Part shown: positions 33,233 to 42,007 of the stretch, piece by piece | Numbering within the stretch: the first letter of the stretch is position 1 | Layout of the letters: each line of letters begins with the position of its first letter | Source: an uncultured Lentimicrobiaceae bacterium | Lineage (GTDB): Bacteria > Bacteroidota > Bacteroidia > Bacteroidales > JAGNHN01 | Length of the DNA stretch: 64,000 bases | Reading direction: 5' to 3' | Assembly (NCBI GenBank): GCA_964590645.1 | Contig: CAZPYJ010000021.1 | Coordinates: forward strand, 5,121 to 69,120 | Notes under the pieces: generated by a model | Database searches by the model: none | What the model saw: the letters and a program-made list of their open reading frames with translations, nothing else | Told to the model about the DNA's origin: nothing | Made by a program: the position numbers and the translations under genes

Positions 33233-33706
33233 TCAGTTATATGCCAGACAAACCTCAAAGACCCCTGTAAAATGTTTTCTCAACTGCGCTCCTATCATCA
33301 CGGGGGAAGCCTGAACAGCAAAAGAATAGGAGCCATCATTATTGATCACAACATTCTGCTCCCGGCTGGTGGTAAAGCCTGTAACTACAATAACATCTTC
33401 TCCGGAATAGGCATTTACCGAAGTGGGAAGGCTCAGGAAACATACCGCAGCCGGACGTGCGGACAGCTCAAAACCGGCAGCGCACATTTCCAAATCCTGC
33501 AGGCTGAGGGCATCAGATTTACTGCCTCCTTTCCTCTCCCAGATCAGATCTGCCGTTTTTCCTATACTTAATGGCTCCAGGATACAGGCCGAGGCGAAAG
33601 CTGAAGTCTTCTTCATAGTTCGATGCTCCGTCGCTTGTCCAATTACCTTGAGGGGAACCCCAAAGTGAAAGAGGAGGTAAACGAGAATGATGAAGGTGTT
33701 TCTCAC
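33233..33706 (-). CDS. DUF4402-type secreted protein (divergent putative fimbrial subunit)
   Basis: GTG start gives signal peptide MRNTFIILVYLLFHFGVPLKVIGQ. C-terminus ...GVFEVCLAYN parallels the ...FDVIVAYN of the paralogs; ~157 aa. Confidence 0.75.
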   Translation of the reverse strand: MRNTFIILVYLLFHFGVPLKVIGQATEHRTMKKTSAFASACILEPLSIGKTADLIWERKGGSKSDALSLQDLEMCAAGFELSARPAAVCFLSLPTSVNAYSGEDVIVVTGFTTSREQNVVINNDGSYSFAVQASPVMIGAQLRKHFTGVFEVCLAYN

Positions 33707-33928
33707 GGATTTGCCTGACTAAGAATGCGGCCTCTGTCAAGCACCATACCAAAGCAAATCTCTTATTGTATATGCTTGGTTTTCTGATATTTAAAAGGGG
33801 ATGGGCAATAAAGAAAAATGCCCCTTCTCCGTCAATATCGGAGAGAAAGGCCTTCAGAATCGTAGAGGAAAAAATAAGGAGCCGCCTCCTGAGAAACGAC
33901 CCCTGACAATGCAATGGCTTTTTGGTAA

Positions 33929-34227
33929 TCAATTATAGGCTACTGCAACATCAAAAGTCCCGGAATAGAGGCCCTGGTTTTGTTTGGCACTGACCATCAA
34001 ACTGGCCCCGATATGCAAGGTAGCAACTCCCTGTGCATCCAGGCTGGATGTAGTCCCAAGGCTGCTCACAAAGTCCTTTACCACCATACTTTTATTACCT
34101 GAACGATGCGGGCCAAACTTGTGGCACTGCTGCTGGCTGAGGCACTCCCGCTTCCCAAGGCCCAAAGACTTTCCGTAGCGAGGACTGAGATGAGAAAGAT
34201 GAGGATGAATAGAAGTGGATGTTTCAT
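33929..34227 (-). pseudogene. decayed DUF4402 subunit gene (internal deletion plus frameshift)
   Basis: One frame (34227-34078) encodes a signal peptide and start of the mature protein, MKHPLLFILIFLISVLA..ASASSSATSLARIVQ, then stops. A different frame (to 33929) encodes only the C-terminal third, SGNKSMVVKDFVSSLGTTSSL..GLYSGTFDVAVAYN. About 85 central codons present in the intact paralog are missing. Confidence 0.6.
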
Positions 34228-34254
34228 TGTGGTTTAAATACGTGGACATTCATT

Positions 34255-34288
34255 TTAACAAGAAGGCGCTACCCCGAAGGGTGGCGCC
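34255..34288 (-). terminator. rho-independent terminator after major subunit copy 1
   Basis: GC-rich 10-bp stem (34265-34288) with a tetraloop, followed on the minus strand by TTCTTGTT. Confidence 0.6.
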
Positions 34289-34311
34289 CGATTTCAGAAG
34301 TTATGTTGATT

Positions 34312-34833
34312 TTAGTTGTAAGCAACAATCACATCGAAGGTACTGCTGTAAAGGCCGGGAGCCTGGTTGGCTTCCACGTTCAGGGTGGCACCTACTACGA
34401 GAGTGGCTGTTCCCTGATTGCTCAGGCTGCTGGTAGCGCCCAGGCTGCTGACGAAGTTATCCACTTCCATTTCATCGTTGCCAGACTCAATGTCGATGGA
34501 GCTCGGCAGATCGATGGTGAAAGAAGCACCGGGATAACCCTGGATGTCGAAGCTGGCGGCACTGTTTACATTGCCGGCAGCGATCAGGGTAACGCCACCC
34601 ATACCGGAACGGCTTCCGTCGAGGGCGATGCTTACACTTCCGTCGGCGATGCCGGCAGCAATGTTCCCGAAGGCCAGGTCAGCCTGTTTTACGATTTCCA
34701 GGGGCTGCACGATCCGGGCGGTAGCGGTGGCGGTTCCGGTAGCGGAAGCGGTGACAACCACAGTGGCCATTACATTGTTTCCGAGGAAGAAAGCAGCGAG
34801 GAGGCTGGCAAAAACGATCAGATTCTTTTTCAT
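34312..34833 (-). CDS. DUF4402-type putative major fimbrial subunit, copy 1
   Basis: 173 aa. Signal peptide MKKNLIVFASLLAAFFLGNNVMA. Mature N-terminus TVVVTASATGTATATARIVQPLEI alternates small-hydrophobic and Thr residues. C-terminus GLYSSTFDVIVAYN. Confidence 0.85.
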   Translation of the reverse strand: MKKNLIVFASLLAAFFLGNNVMATVVVTASATGTATATARIVQPLEIVKQADLAFGNIAAGIADGSVSIALDGSRSGMGGVTLIAAGNVNSAASFDIQGYPGASFTIDLPSSIDIESGNDEMEVDNFVSSLGATSSLSNQGTATLVVGATLNVEANQAPGLYSSTFDVIVAYN

Positions 34834-34880
34834 TGTTTTGTGTTTTTTAGGGTTAGTGTTTGTGTTGATGCCAAACCCTT

Positions 34881-34896
34881 TTCAATGCCCGTGCCA
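34881..34896 (-). promoter_or_regulatory. sigma-54-type -24/-12 promoter candidate for major subunit copy 1
   Basis: The minus strand reads TGGCACGGGCATTGAA against consensus TGGCACG-N4-TTGCW. That is 11 of 12 defined positions, with -12 GC replaced by GA. It lies ~47 nt upstream of the ATG. No TAnnTTTG box is present. A sigma-54 activator gene is adjacent. Confidence 0.55.
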
Positions 34897-34940
34897 GAAG
34901 GTGGCACGCACACATAACACAATGTTTTTCAGATATTAAT

Positions 34941-34991
34941 GGGAATTCGCCTTTTGGCACAGACCCGGGATTTGTCCCACCCAAGGACAGA
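34941..34991 (-). promoter_or_regulatory. conserved upstream sites (candidate activator-binding region) of copy 1
   Basis: Block GGGAATTCGCCTTTTGGCACAG (34941-34962) is identical in both copies. The inverted repeat TTTGTCC-N7-GGACAGA (34971-34991) is conserved as a palindrome in copy 2 although its spacer differs. It is centred ~95 nt upstream of the -24/-12 element. Confidence 0.45.
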
Positions 34992-35146
34992 AATGCCAGA
35001 AGATGGACAAAAAGGCAAGAATGGGGCGCTTCCGGATAAAAATGTGATGATTTTTGGAATACAATGGGGGCAAATACAGCTGCTCTTTTCTATGAATATT
35101 TGCCTAAGAATCACATTGACAAATACATACACCAAATCCGCAGATA

Positions 35147-35178
35147 TTTGGCAGTATAAGAAGCTTGCCCTATATTTG
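35147..35178 (+). promoter_or_regulatory. Bacteroidota sigma-A promoter (TTTG-N20-TATATTTG) for the kinase/assembly operon
   Basis: TTTG at 35147-35150 and TATATTTG at 35171-35178, ~110 nt upstream of the kinase GTG start. Confidence 0.45.
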
Positions 35179-35287
35179 AGCTTGTCTATCAATTGATTGC
35201 ACCACTATACCAACTTGCATCACCAGCTATCAGGCTGTCAATAATAATGGTCCGAAATACTTGTGAAACTAATAGGAGGAAATTGCT

Positions 35288-38200
35288 GTGCATACTTTTA
35301 CCCTGACAGAAGTTCAAAACCGCTCCCCTTTCGGATACGCTGCTTTAAGGTATATTGCTGATACGGAACATACTCAGGCCGACTTTGTGCTGCTTGACCT
35401 TAACGATCCTGCACAAGAGCTGATAGGGATTCCGAAAGAGGACCTGCGTGGCCGTAGGCTCACCGAAATATTTCCACAAATACGGGAGGAGCGTTTCGAC
35501 TGGTTGGATTTCCTGGAAGGTCCGGCCAGGCGGGGTGAAGTATGCTCGGCGAAACAATACCTCCATTGCCTGAGCCGCCATATCAAAATTCAGGCATACG
35601 GGCTTTCTGAGGATGTCTGCCTCTGCCTGTTCACGGAAAGGTCTGAGGATAAAGCCGATGTTGACCGCCTTCTCGAGATTAAGGAGCAATATGAGCTGGC
35701 CATCAACGGCTCCAATGACGGGATATGGGACTGGGATCTTCAAACCAATGAGCTTTACCTTTCCCGCCGCTGGAAAGAGATGCTGGGTTTTGTTGAAGAG
35801 GAGCTTGAAAACACCTTTCAAACTTTTTCCACCTTGCTTTTCGAAGAAGACAGGGAACGGGTAACCGCATTTGTGCAAAAATACCTGAATGGCGAGATCA
35901 ATCAGTACGCCATTGAATTCAGGATGAAGCACAAAGATGGCAGTCTGCGATGGATAGAGGCCAAAGGGGAGGCCCTGCGCAATGAGGAAGGCATCCCCTA
36001 CCGGATGGCAGGCTCACACAGTGATATCACCGACAGGAAAAACCGCGAAATTGAGCTCCGGACCATTCTTGAAACCACAGTAGACGGGTTTTATATTGCC
36101 GATGCCCAGGGTCGTCTGCTCAGTGTAAATAATACCCTCTGTCAGATGCTGGAATATGACAGAGAGGAGTTGCTGCAGCTCACAATGTTCGATTTTGTGG
36201 CGCCTCCCCCTCCCTCCACGGTGAAGGAAAGGATCGACCATATTATCAATAAGGGGAAAGGCCTGTTCGAATGTTTCTACCGTAGCCGGAGCGGAGAAAT
36301 GATAGAAGTGGAGATCAGCGCCACCTGCCTTTGCCAGGGAATGAAGCGGCTGGTGGTTTTTGTGCGCGATATTCGACAACGAAAAATGGCAGAAAGGCAA
36401 CTTCAGGATAGCTTTTCCAAATATCGCCAGATCGCGGAAAACATCTCTGATGTGGTATTCACCACCGACCTGCAATTTAATACAACCTACATAAGCCCCT
36501 CCGTGGAGAAGATGGTAGGCGACCCCCCGGAGGTACATATTCGTAAACCGCTTTTGCAAAAATTCCCTCCGGAAAGCATACAGGCCTTTTATCAAATTCT
36601 GAAAGAAGAATTACAAAAAGAAGGAAAATCCGAGGTGGATAAAGACCGCTCCCGCATTCTTGAGGTAGAACAATACCGAAATGATGGCAGCACATTCACC
36701 GCCAGTATCAGCATTAAGTTCATCCGCGATGCAGAGGGAATACCTATTGGCATACAGGGATTGACACGCGATATATCCGCACAGAAAAAGGCGGAAAAAA
36801 CCATCGCCTATTACTCCGATATGCAGGAGTTGCTCATTAAAATTGCTTCAACCTATATTGATATCCACCTGGATGAGGTCAGCGATATGATCAACACCTC
36901 ACTGAAAGAACTCGGAGAATTTGTGAATGCCGACCGGGCCTATATTTTTGATTACGACTGGGGCAACAATACCACGAGCAATACCTTCGAGTGGTGCTCT
37001 CCGGGCACCTCGCCCCAGATTGAAGAATTGCAGGATGTCCCCCTGGATTATATTCCCCATTGGGTGGAAACCCACAAAAAGGGAGAAGTGATGAGCATTC
37101 CCGATGTGTATGCCCTGCCGGAAGGAGATGGCGTAAGGGAAATCCTGGAGCCGCAGGAGGTCAAAAGCCTGCTGGCTTTACCTATGATGGACGGGAAGGA
37201 TTGCATTGGTTTTATCGGGTTCGACTCCGTTCAGCATTATCATCTCTACTCTGGAAATGAAGTGAAGCTCCTTTTGATCTTCTCAAAAATGCTGGTGAAT
37301 GTGCGTAAGCGCCGGGCTCAGGACCTGCTGCTCACCAAAATGAAAGAAGATGCCGAGCAGGCCAGCAAAGCCAAATCTGAATTCCTGGCCAATATGAGCC
37401 ACGAGATCCGTACCCCGCTCAATGCCGTCATAGGATTCACAGACTTGCTATTGAAGACAGAGCTGGATGAAGTACAAGCCGACTTTATGGAGTCGGTGAA
37501 TCAATCGGCCCTGGTGTTGCTTGAGCTGATCAGCGACATTCTGGACTATTCCAAAATTGAGGCCGGAAAGCTGGAACTGAATGAGGACAATACCCATATC
37601 CGGGAATTGTGTGGCCAGATCGCCGATATCGTCAAGCTCAAGGCCCACGCCAAACACCTGGAGTTTCTGGTAAACATTCAGGAATGTATCCCCCAGACCG
37701 TGCTGGTCGATTCCATCCGCCTGCGACAGGTATTGATCAATCTTCTGTGGAATGCAATCAAATTCACCGATGAGGGAGAAGTGGAGCTGGGGTTGCAGTA
37801 TTCCCGTGCCGCAGACAAGCCGCACCTTGGTGCTTTCACCTTCTATGTCAGAGATACCGGACTTGGCATTCCAGTTGAAAGACAAGAGGACATCCTCAGC
37901 GCATTCGTCCAGATCCAACCCGCTGCCAACCGGAAATACAGCGGCACCGGACTGGGTCTGCCCATCTCCGTCAGCATCCTCGAAAAAATGGGAAGCAGGC
38001 TGGAAATCGAAAGTGAACCGGACAAAGGAAGCCTTTTCCGCTTTACCATTGAACTGCCTATCATTAAAGACGATGCCCCCGCTTTGGGCAAGGGCAATGC
38101 CATCCGCAAAGTGCTTTGTGTGGATGATAATAACACCAATTTGAAAATCCTGTCCCGAATGCTTGAAAACCAGGAAATTGAATCAAGTTCCGTGGCTTCT

Positions 38201-38905
38201 TCCGCACAGGTTCCCGGGATGGATCTTCATCCATATGATCTGCTAATCGTGGATTATGAAATGCCTGAAATGAATGGGCTGGAGATGATCCGTGCCATCA
38301 AAACAAAGCACCCTTCCCTAAAAGCCGGGTTTGTCCTTTTACACAGTTCTTCCGAAGATATCATTAAAACCACAGCCAAAGAACTTGGCGTTCAGTCTGT
38401 ACTGGAAAAACCCATCACTTTTGAGAAGCTCGACAGCATTCTGAAAGACAGCCAGGTCATCAGAAGCACTCCCGATTCCAGCCTGGAATTGAAGGAAAGA
38501 AACCCCAGTATTCTGATTGTGGAGGACAACAAGGCCAATATGAAGCTGGCCGAGTCGATGATCAAAGCAGTGGTGCGCGATGCAAGGATTTTGAAAGCCT
38601 TCAACGGGCAGGAAGGGCTTCAGGTATACAAGGAAGAGTTCCCCGACCTGATCTTTATGGATGTTCAGATGCCGGTGATGGATGGCTACGAGGCCACACG
38701 CCGGATCAGGGAAGCAGAAGGGCTGATGCATATTGGCCGCAGAACCCCCATCATTGCCCTCACTGCCGATGCCATCTCAGGAAGTCGCGAAAGATGCGCC
38801 AAAGCAGGAATGGATGATTTCCTGGTGAAACCGGTGATTATTAAGCATATCCGGCTGATGATCGACAAATGGATGAACCATCATCAAAAGAATGAAGCGA
38901 AATGA
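35288..38905 (+). CDS. cytoplasmic hybrid sensor histidine kinase (about 4 PAS/PAC domains, GAF, HisKA, HATPase, REC, REC)
   Basis: 1205 aa with no TM segment. H-box [16 protein letters not shown]; G-boxes DTGLGIP and GTGLGLPIS. Two receivers: [13 protein letters not shown] and [22 protein letters not shown] start preceded by AGGAGG. Confidence 0.9.
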   Translation: MHTFTLTEVQNRSPFGYAALRYIADTEHTQADFVLLDLNDPAQELIGIPKEDLRGRRLTEIFPQIREERFDWLDFLEGPARRGEVCSAKQYLHCLSRHIKIQAYGLSEDVCLCLFTERSEDKADVDRLLEIKEQYELAINGSNDGIWDWDLQTNELYLSRRWKEMLGFVEEELENTFQTFSTLLFEEDRERVTAFVQKYLNGEINQYAIEFRMKHKDGSLRWIEAKGEALRNEEGIPYRMAGSHSDITDRKNREIELRTILETTVDGFYIADAQGRLLSVNNTLCQMLEYDREELLQLTMFDFVAPPPPSTVKERIDHIINKGKGLFECFYRSRSGEMIEVEISATCLCQGMKRLVVFVRDIRQRKMAERQLQDSFSKYRQIAENISDVVFTTDLQFNTTYISPSVEKMVGDPPEVHIRKPLLQKFPPESIQAFYQILKEELQKEGKSEVDKDRSRILEVEQYRNDGSTFTASISIKFIRDAEGIPIGIQGLTRDISAQKKAEKTIAYYSDMQELLIKIASTYIDIHLDEVSDMINTSLKELGEFVNADRAYIFDYDWGNNTTSNTFEWCSPGTSPQIEELQDVPLDYIPHWVETHKKGEVMSIPDVYALPEGDGVREILEPQEVKSLLALPMMDGKDCIGFIGFDSVQHYHLYSGNEVKLLLIFSKMLVNVRKRRAQDLLLTKMKEDAEQASKAKSEFLANMSHEIRTPLNAVIGFTDLLLKTELDEVQADFMESVNQSALVLLELISDILDYSKIEAGKLELNEDNTHIRELCGQIADIVKLKAHAKHLEFLVNIQECIPQTVLVDSIRLRQVLINLLWNAIKFTDEGEVELGLQYSRAADKPHLGAFTFYVRDTGLGIPVERQEDILSAFVQIQPAANRKYSGTGLGLPISVSILEKMGSRLEIESEPDKGSLFRFTIELPIIKDDAPALGKGNAIRKVLCVDDNNTNLKILSRMLENQEIESSSVASSAQVPGMDLHPYDLLIVDYEMPEMNGLEMIRAIKTKHPSLKAGFVLLHSSSEDIIKTTAKELGVQSVLEKPITFEKLDSILKDSQVIRSTPDSSLELKERNPSILIVEDNKANMKLAESMIKAVVRDARILKAFNGQEGLQVYKEEFPDLIFMDVQMPVMDGYEATRRIREAEGLMHIGRRTPIIALTADAISGSRERCAKAGMDDFLVKPVIIKHIRLMIDKWMNHHQKNEAK

Positions 38906-39264
38906 TGAGCCCCGAACACATACCAGCCTTGCATTTTGATGAATCCGGATTAATGGAGAATACCCTCCGGGACAGTGACTTGTACAATGAACTGATTGGA
39001 ATGGCCAGGGAATCCCTGCAGGAATACCAGCAAGTACTGCACAAAGCATTGGCAGACAAGGATTTTCAAAGCCTGAAATCCACTGCCCACAGCATCAAGG
39101 GCCTGGCCCTGACGATGCACTGCCCCGCAATGAGAATGCTGGCACTGGACGTTGAATTGAGCAGTGATCAACACGATTTGAACCTCAGCAAGGAAAAAAC
39201 AAATCCCCTGCTGGAGGAAATCAATATGCTCCTGGAACAGTATCTCTTCCCAAAAAATAAATAA
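38902..39264 (+). CDS. stand-alone Hpt phosphotransfer protein
   Basis: 120 aa; HSIKGLALTM (HxxKG phospho-His motif); ATGA overlap with the kinase stop. Confidence 0.8.
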   Translation: MMSPEHIPALHFDESGLMENTLRDSDLYNELIGMARESLQEYQQVLHKALADKDFQSLKSTAHSIKGLALTMHCPAMRMLALDVELSSDQHDLNLSKEKTNPLLEEINMLLEQYLFPKNK

Positions 39265-40652
39265 TGATGAGGGTTTTGAAAATATTCATTGTGGAAGATG
39301 AAAAGATCACTGCCCGTATGTTGCAGCATTATCTCTCGATGAATGAAGATAATGATGTGGAGATTTTTTACAACGGTAGGGAGTGCCTGGCGAATCTGTC
39401 CAAAAACCCCGATGTAATCTGCCTGGACTATTATCTCCCCGGAGAAAACGGCCAGGAGATTCTCAGAAAGATCAAGGCAAGGGCCCCGGAATTACCCGTC
39501 ATCATCGTCTCCGGCCAGGAAGAGATCAATACGGCCGTCAACCTTCTCAAAATGGGCGCCTATGATTATGTGGTGAAGGATGAAAATATGAAAGAAAGGA
39601 TATGGAATATCGTGAACCATATCCGCAAGCAGGAAAACCTTCACCAACGCATCAGTATCCTTCAGGAGGAAGTGGAGAAAAAGTATGAATTCTCCAATAC
39701 CATTGTCGGCAATAGTTCTGCCTTGCGCAAAACCTTTCCCCTGATTGAGAAAGCCTCAAAATCCGATATCCCCGTTTCCATCTCCGGACAGACAGGAACT
39801 GGAAAAGAAGTGATCGCCAAAACCATCCATTATAATTCCCATCGCAAAGACAAGCCCTTTGTTCCGGTCAATGTGGGCGCCATTCCAAGGGAACTCATCG
39901 AGTCAGAAATGTTCGGGCACGAAAAAGGCGCCTTTACCGGGGCAGTTGAAAGGAGAGCCGGAAAGTTTGAAGAGGCCCAGGGGGGCACCCTCTTCCTGGA
40001 TGAAATCGGGGATATGGATTTGAATATGCAGGTGAAATTGCTCAGGGTATTGCAGGAACAGCAACTCACCAGGGTTGGGAGCAATACCCTCATTAACCTG
40101 GATGTCAGAATTATCATTGCCACCCACAAGAACCTTTTGGAACTGGTGGGCAAGGGGCTTTTCAGAGAAGATCTTTACTACCGCCTTCTGGGAATTTCCA
40201 TTCAATTGCCACCCCTCCACGAAAGAGGAAATGACATCCTTGTGCTGGCCAATCATTTTATCAAAGAATACTGCAAACGCCACGATATCCAGCAGAAAAA
40301 GCTGAGCAAGACTGCCATCGACAAGATTATGTCGCATCGCTTTCCGGGAAACATCCGTGAACTGAAAGCCGTGGTTGAGTTGGGGGTGGTACTGGCCGAT
40401 CAGAATGAGATCGATGAAGATCACATCCAGATCACTTTTCCCGATTTTTCCAGTGAATTGCTCAGCCGTGAAATGTCCATGGAAGAATACAATCTATTGA
40501 TTGTCAGGCATTTTTTAAAAAAATACAATAATAAAGTTCGTTTCGTAGCCAGCAAACTGGGCATTGGGAAGTCCACCATTTACCGGATGCTCTCGGAGAA
40601 TGGTATTGATGCAGGCCCCCAGGAAACGGAGGATGAAGAAAACGACCACTGA
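39264..40652 (+). CDS. sigma-54-dependent response regulator (NtrC family: REC, AAA+, Fis-type HTH)
   Basis: REC domain (IFIVEDE..VICLDYYLPGENG); Walker A GQTGTGKE; intact GAFTGA at 39927-39944; Walker B LFLDEIGDM; C-terminal HTH LGIGKSTIYRML. Confidence 0.93.
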   Translation: MMRVLKIFIVEDEKITARMLQHYLSMNEDNDVEIFYNGRECLANLSKNPDVICLDYYLPGENGQEILRKIKARAPELPVIIVSGQEEINTAVNLLKMGAYDYVVKDENMKERIWNIVNHIRKQENLHQRISILQEEVEKKYEFSNTIVGNSSALRKTFPLIEKASKSDIPVSISGQTGTGKEVIAKTIHYNSHRKDKPFVPVNVGAIPRELIESEMFGHEKGAFTGAVERRAGKFEEAQGGTLFLDEIGDMDLNMQVKLLRVLQEQQLTRVGSNTLINLDVRIIIATHKNLLELVGKGLFREDLYYRLLGISIQLPPLHERGNDILVLANHFIKEYCKRHDIQQKKLSKTAIDKIMSHRFPGNIRELKAVVELGVVLADQNEIDEDHIQITFPDFSSELLSREMSMEEYNLLIVRHFLKKYNNKVRFVASKLGIGKSTIYRMLSENGIDAGPQETEDEENDH

Positions 40653-40653
40653 T

Positions 40654-41469
40654 ATGAGAAAGAGAAATCTTATTCTGCTGAGCCTGATATTTATCTGTGC
40701 TGCCCTTTCAGCCCAAAGCGACTTGCTTATTACGCCTTACCGTGTTGTTTTTGAAGGCAATAAGCGTATTGAAGAAGTCAGTCTTGCCAATACGGGCCAG
40801 GATACTTCACGCTACAGCATCAGCTTTTTGCAATACCGGATGAATGAGGATGGGAGTTTGAACCAGATTACCGAAGCAGAAGAGGGCCAGTACTTTGCTG
40901 ATCGATTCCTGCGGTTTTTCCCCAGGAGCGTGACCCTGGCCCCCGGCGAAGCCCAGGTAGTGAGAATACAACTGCGACTTCCCGATACGCTTCCCGATGC
41001 AGAATACCGATCCCACCTGTACTTCAGGTCCGTCCCCGACGATGCTCCTGCAGCGGGCACAGATCAGGTAGATACCGCACTCGGAATCCGGCTGATCCCC
41101 GTCTATGGTATCACCATCCCGGTCATTGCACGAAAAGGGACCCTGGAGGTAAGTTGTGCCATTGCAGATATCGCCCTGCTGAAACAAGAGGAGCTACCCC
41201 ATCTGGGATTCACCCTTCTACGGGAAGGCGGAAAATCCACTTTCGGGGATATTGAAATCCATCACCAGGATGCGGAGGGCAACAGGCACAAAATCGGGGA
41301 AGTCAGGGGAATTGCGGTGTACACCCCCGGAACCCGCCGGGAGGTCTCCATCCCTTTGTCGCTGCAAGCCGGGGTGGATTACTCCCGCGGGCAATTGCAC
41401 CTGACCTATACCTCTGCCGGAACACCGAATGCCGAGGTGTATGCGGAAAGCATCGTAAACCTGCAATAA
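40654..41469 (+). CDS. PapD-like periplasmic pilus chaperone candidate
   Basis: Signal peptide MRKRNLILLSLIFICAALSAQS. ITPYRVVFEGNKRIEEVSLANTG and LAPGEAQVVRIQLRL resemble the N-terminal Ig domain of fimbrial chaperones, including an Arg at the PapD-R8-like position. ~270 aa fits a two-domain size. An alternative ATG at 40633 overlaps the regulator. Confidence 0.65.
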   Translation: MRKRNLILLSLIFICAALSAQSDLLITPYRVVFEGNKRIEEVSLANTGQDTSRYSISFLQYRMNEDGSLNQITEAEEGQYFADRFLRFFPRSVTLAPGEAQVVRIQLRLPDTLPDAEYRSHLYFRSVPDDAPAAGTDQVDTALGIRLIPVYGITIPVIARKGTLEVSCAIADIALLKQEELPHLGFTLLREGGKSTFGDIEIHHQDAEGNRHKIGEVRGIAVYTPGTRREVSIPLSLQAGVDYSRGQLHLTYTSAGTPNAEVYAESIVNLQ

Positions 41470-42000
41470 ATGGGATGCCGCTACTGGCATATAAAAGCTT
41501 GCCTGCTGTTCATTTTCCGGCTCAGTTTCTGTCTGAGTTTACAAGGACAAGTATCCATCACGCCTGAGTTTTCTGAAAGTAAGGCAGGGTTCCAGGCCAC
41601 TGTACTGATGATCTCCCCTTTGCAGTTTGGCGACTTCTACCCCTCAGGTGGTGGTGGTGAAGTCATCGTTTCTTCCAATGGCACCCGGACTTCCACTGGA
41701 AGTGTCATCCTCCTGCCTTCCGGACAGATTAGCTCGGCGGGGGTGCTGGAAATCAGGGCATTGCCTAAAAGAATGATGCAGATCCATCTCAGCGAAAGTG
41801 TTTGGTTGCAAGGGAGCAATGGGGGAAAGCTTCGCCTTTACCCCGGACCGCTGAGCACAGGGAATGTTTTTGTTACTCCTCCCGGCGCGCCAAGCGGTTT
41901 TACGCTCACAATGGGCGGCCGACTGCAGCTTTCCTCGCTTCAGGTGAACCCTTCGGGCTCCTATACAGGGAGCATCTATATTACGCTCATTTCTCAATGA
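41470..42000 (+). CDS. DUF4402-like secreted protein (putative minor subunit)
   Basis: 176 aa with a signal peptide. PLQFGDF..SAGVLEIRA..GSYTGSIYITLISQ follows the same architecture as the other subunits. The start abuts the chaperone stop (TAAATG). Confidence 0.65.
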   Translation: MGCRYWHIKACLLFIFRLSFCLSLQGQVSITPEFSESKAGFQATVLMISPLQFGDFYPSGGGGEVIVSSNGTRTSTGSVILLPSGQISSAGVLEIRALPKRMMQIHLSESVWLQGSNGGKLRLYPGPLSTGNVFVTPPGAPSGFTLTMGGRLQLSSLQVNPSGSYTGSIYITLISQ

Positions 42001-42007
42001 ATGAAAG

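Larger units (their letters stand above)
34312..34991 (-). repeat. copy 1 of a ~680-bp direct repeat (gene plus promoter plus upstream sites); partner at 44686-45365
   Basis: Manual alignment at offset 10374. Positions 34431-34917 are identical to 44805-45291 (487 bp). There are 11 differences in the 119 bp at the 3' end of the gene. Upstream of 34918 the similarity is patchy. Confidence 0.9.

Noticed and set aside
33519-33932. A 137-aa minus-strand ORF spanning the promoter region and the 5' end of the 33233-33706 gene.
   Set aside because: It is out of frame with the DUF4402-type gene, has no signal or motif, and is Arg/Leu-rich. It is probably spurious.
34219-34917. A 232-aa plus-strand ORF (and its twin at 44623-45291) covering the pilin genes, with Gly/Ser-rich stretches.
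   Set aside because: It is antisense to the DUF4402 genes, which have a signal peptide, a terminator and a promoter. The GSGGGSGSGSG run is simply the complement of the Thr/Ala-rich donor-strand-like region.
34901-34920. Plus-strand TGGCAC (the other half of the palindrome) as a divergent sigma-54 promoter toward the kinase.
   Set aside because: No TTGC-like -12 element follows at the correct spacing (the sequence reads TGGCACGCACACATAA).
35148-35167. TGGCAG...TTGC on the plus strand upstream of the kinase, as a sigma-54 promoter.
   Set aside because: There are 10 nt between TGGCAG and TTGC instead of 5, so the elements are out of register. The same region fits a sigma-A TTTG-N20-TATATTTG promoter much better.
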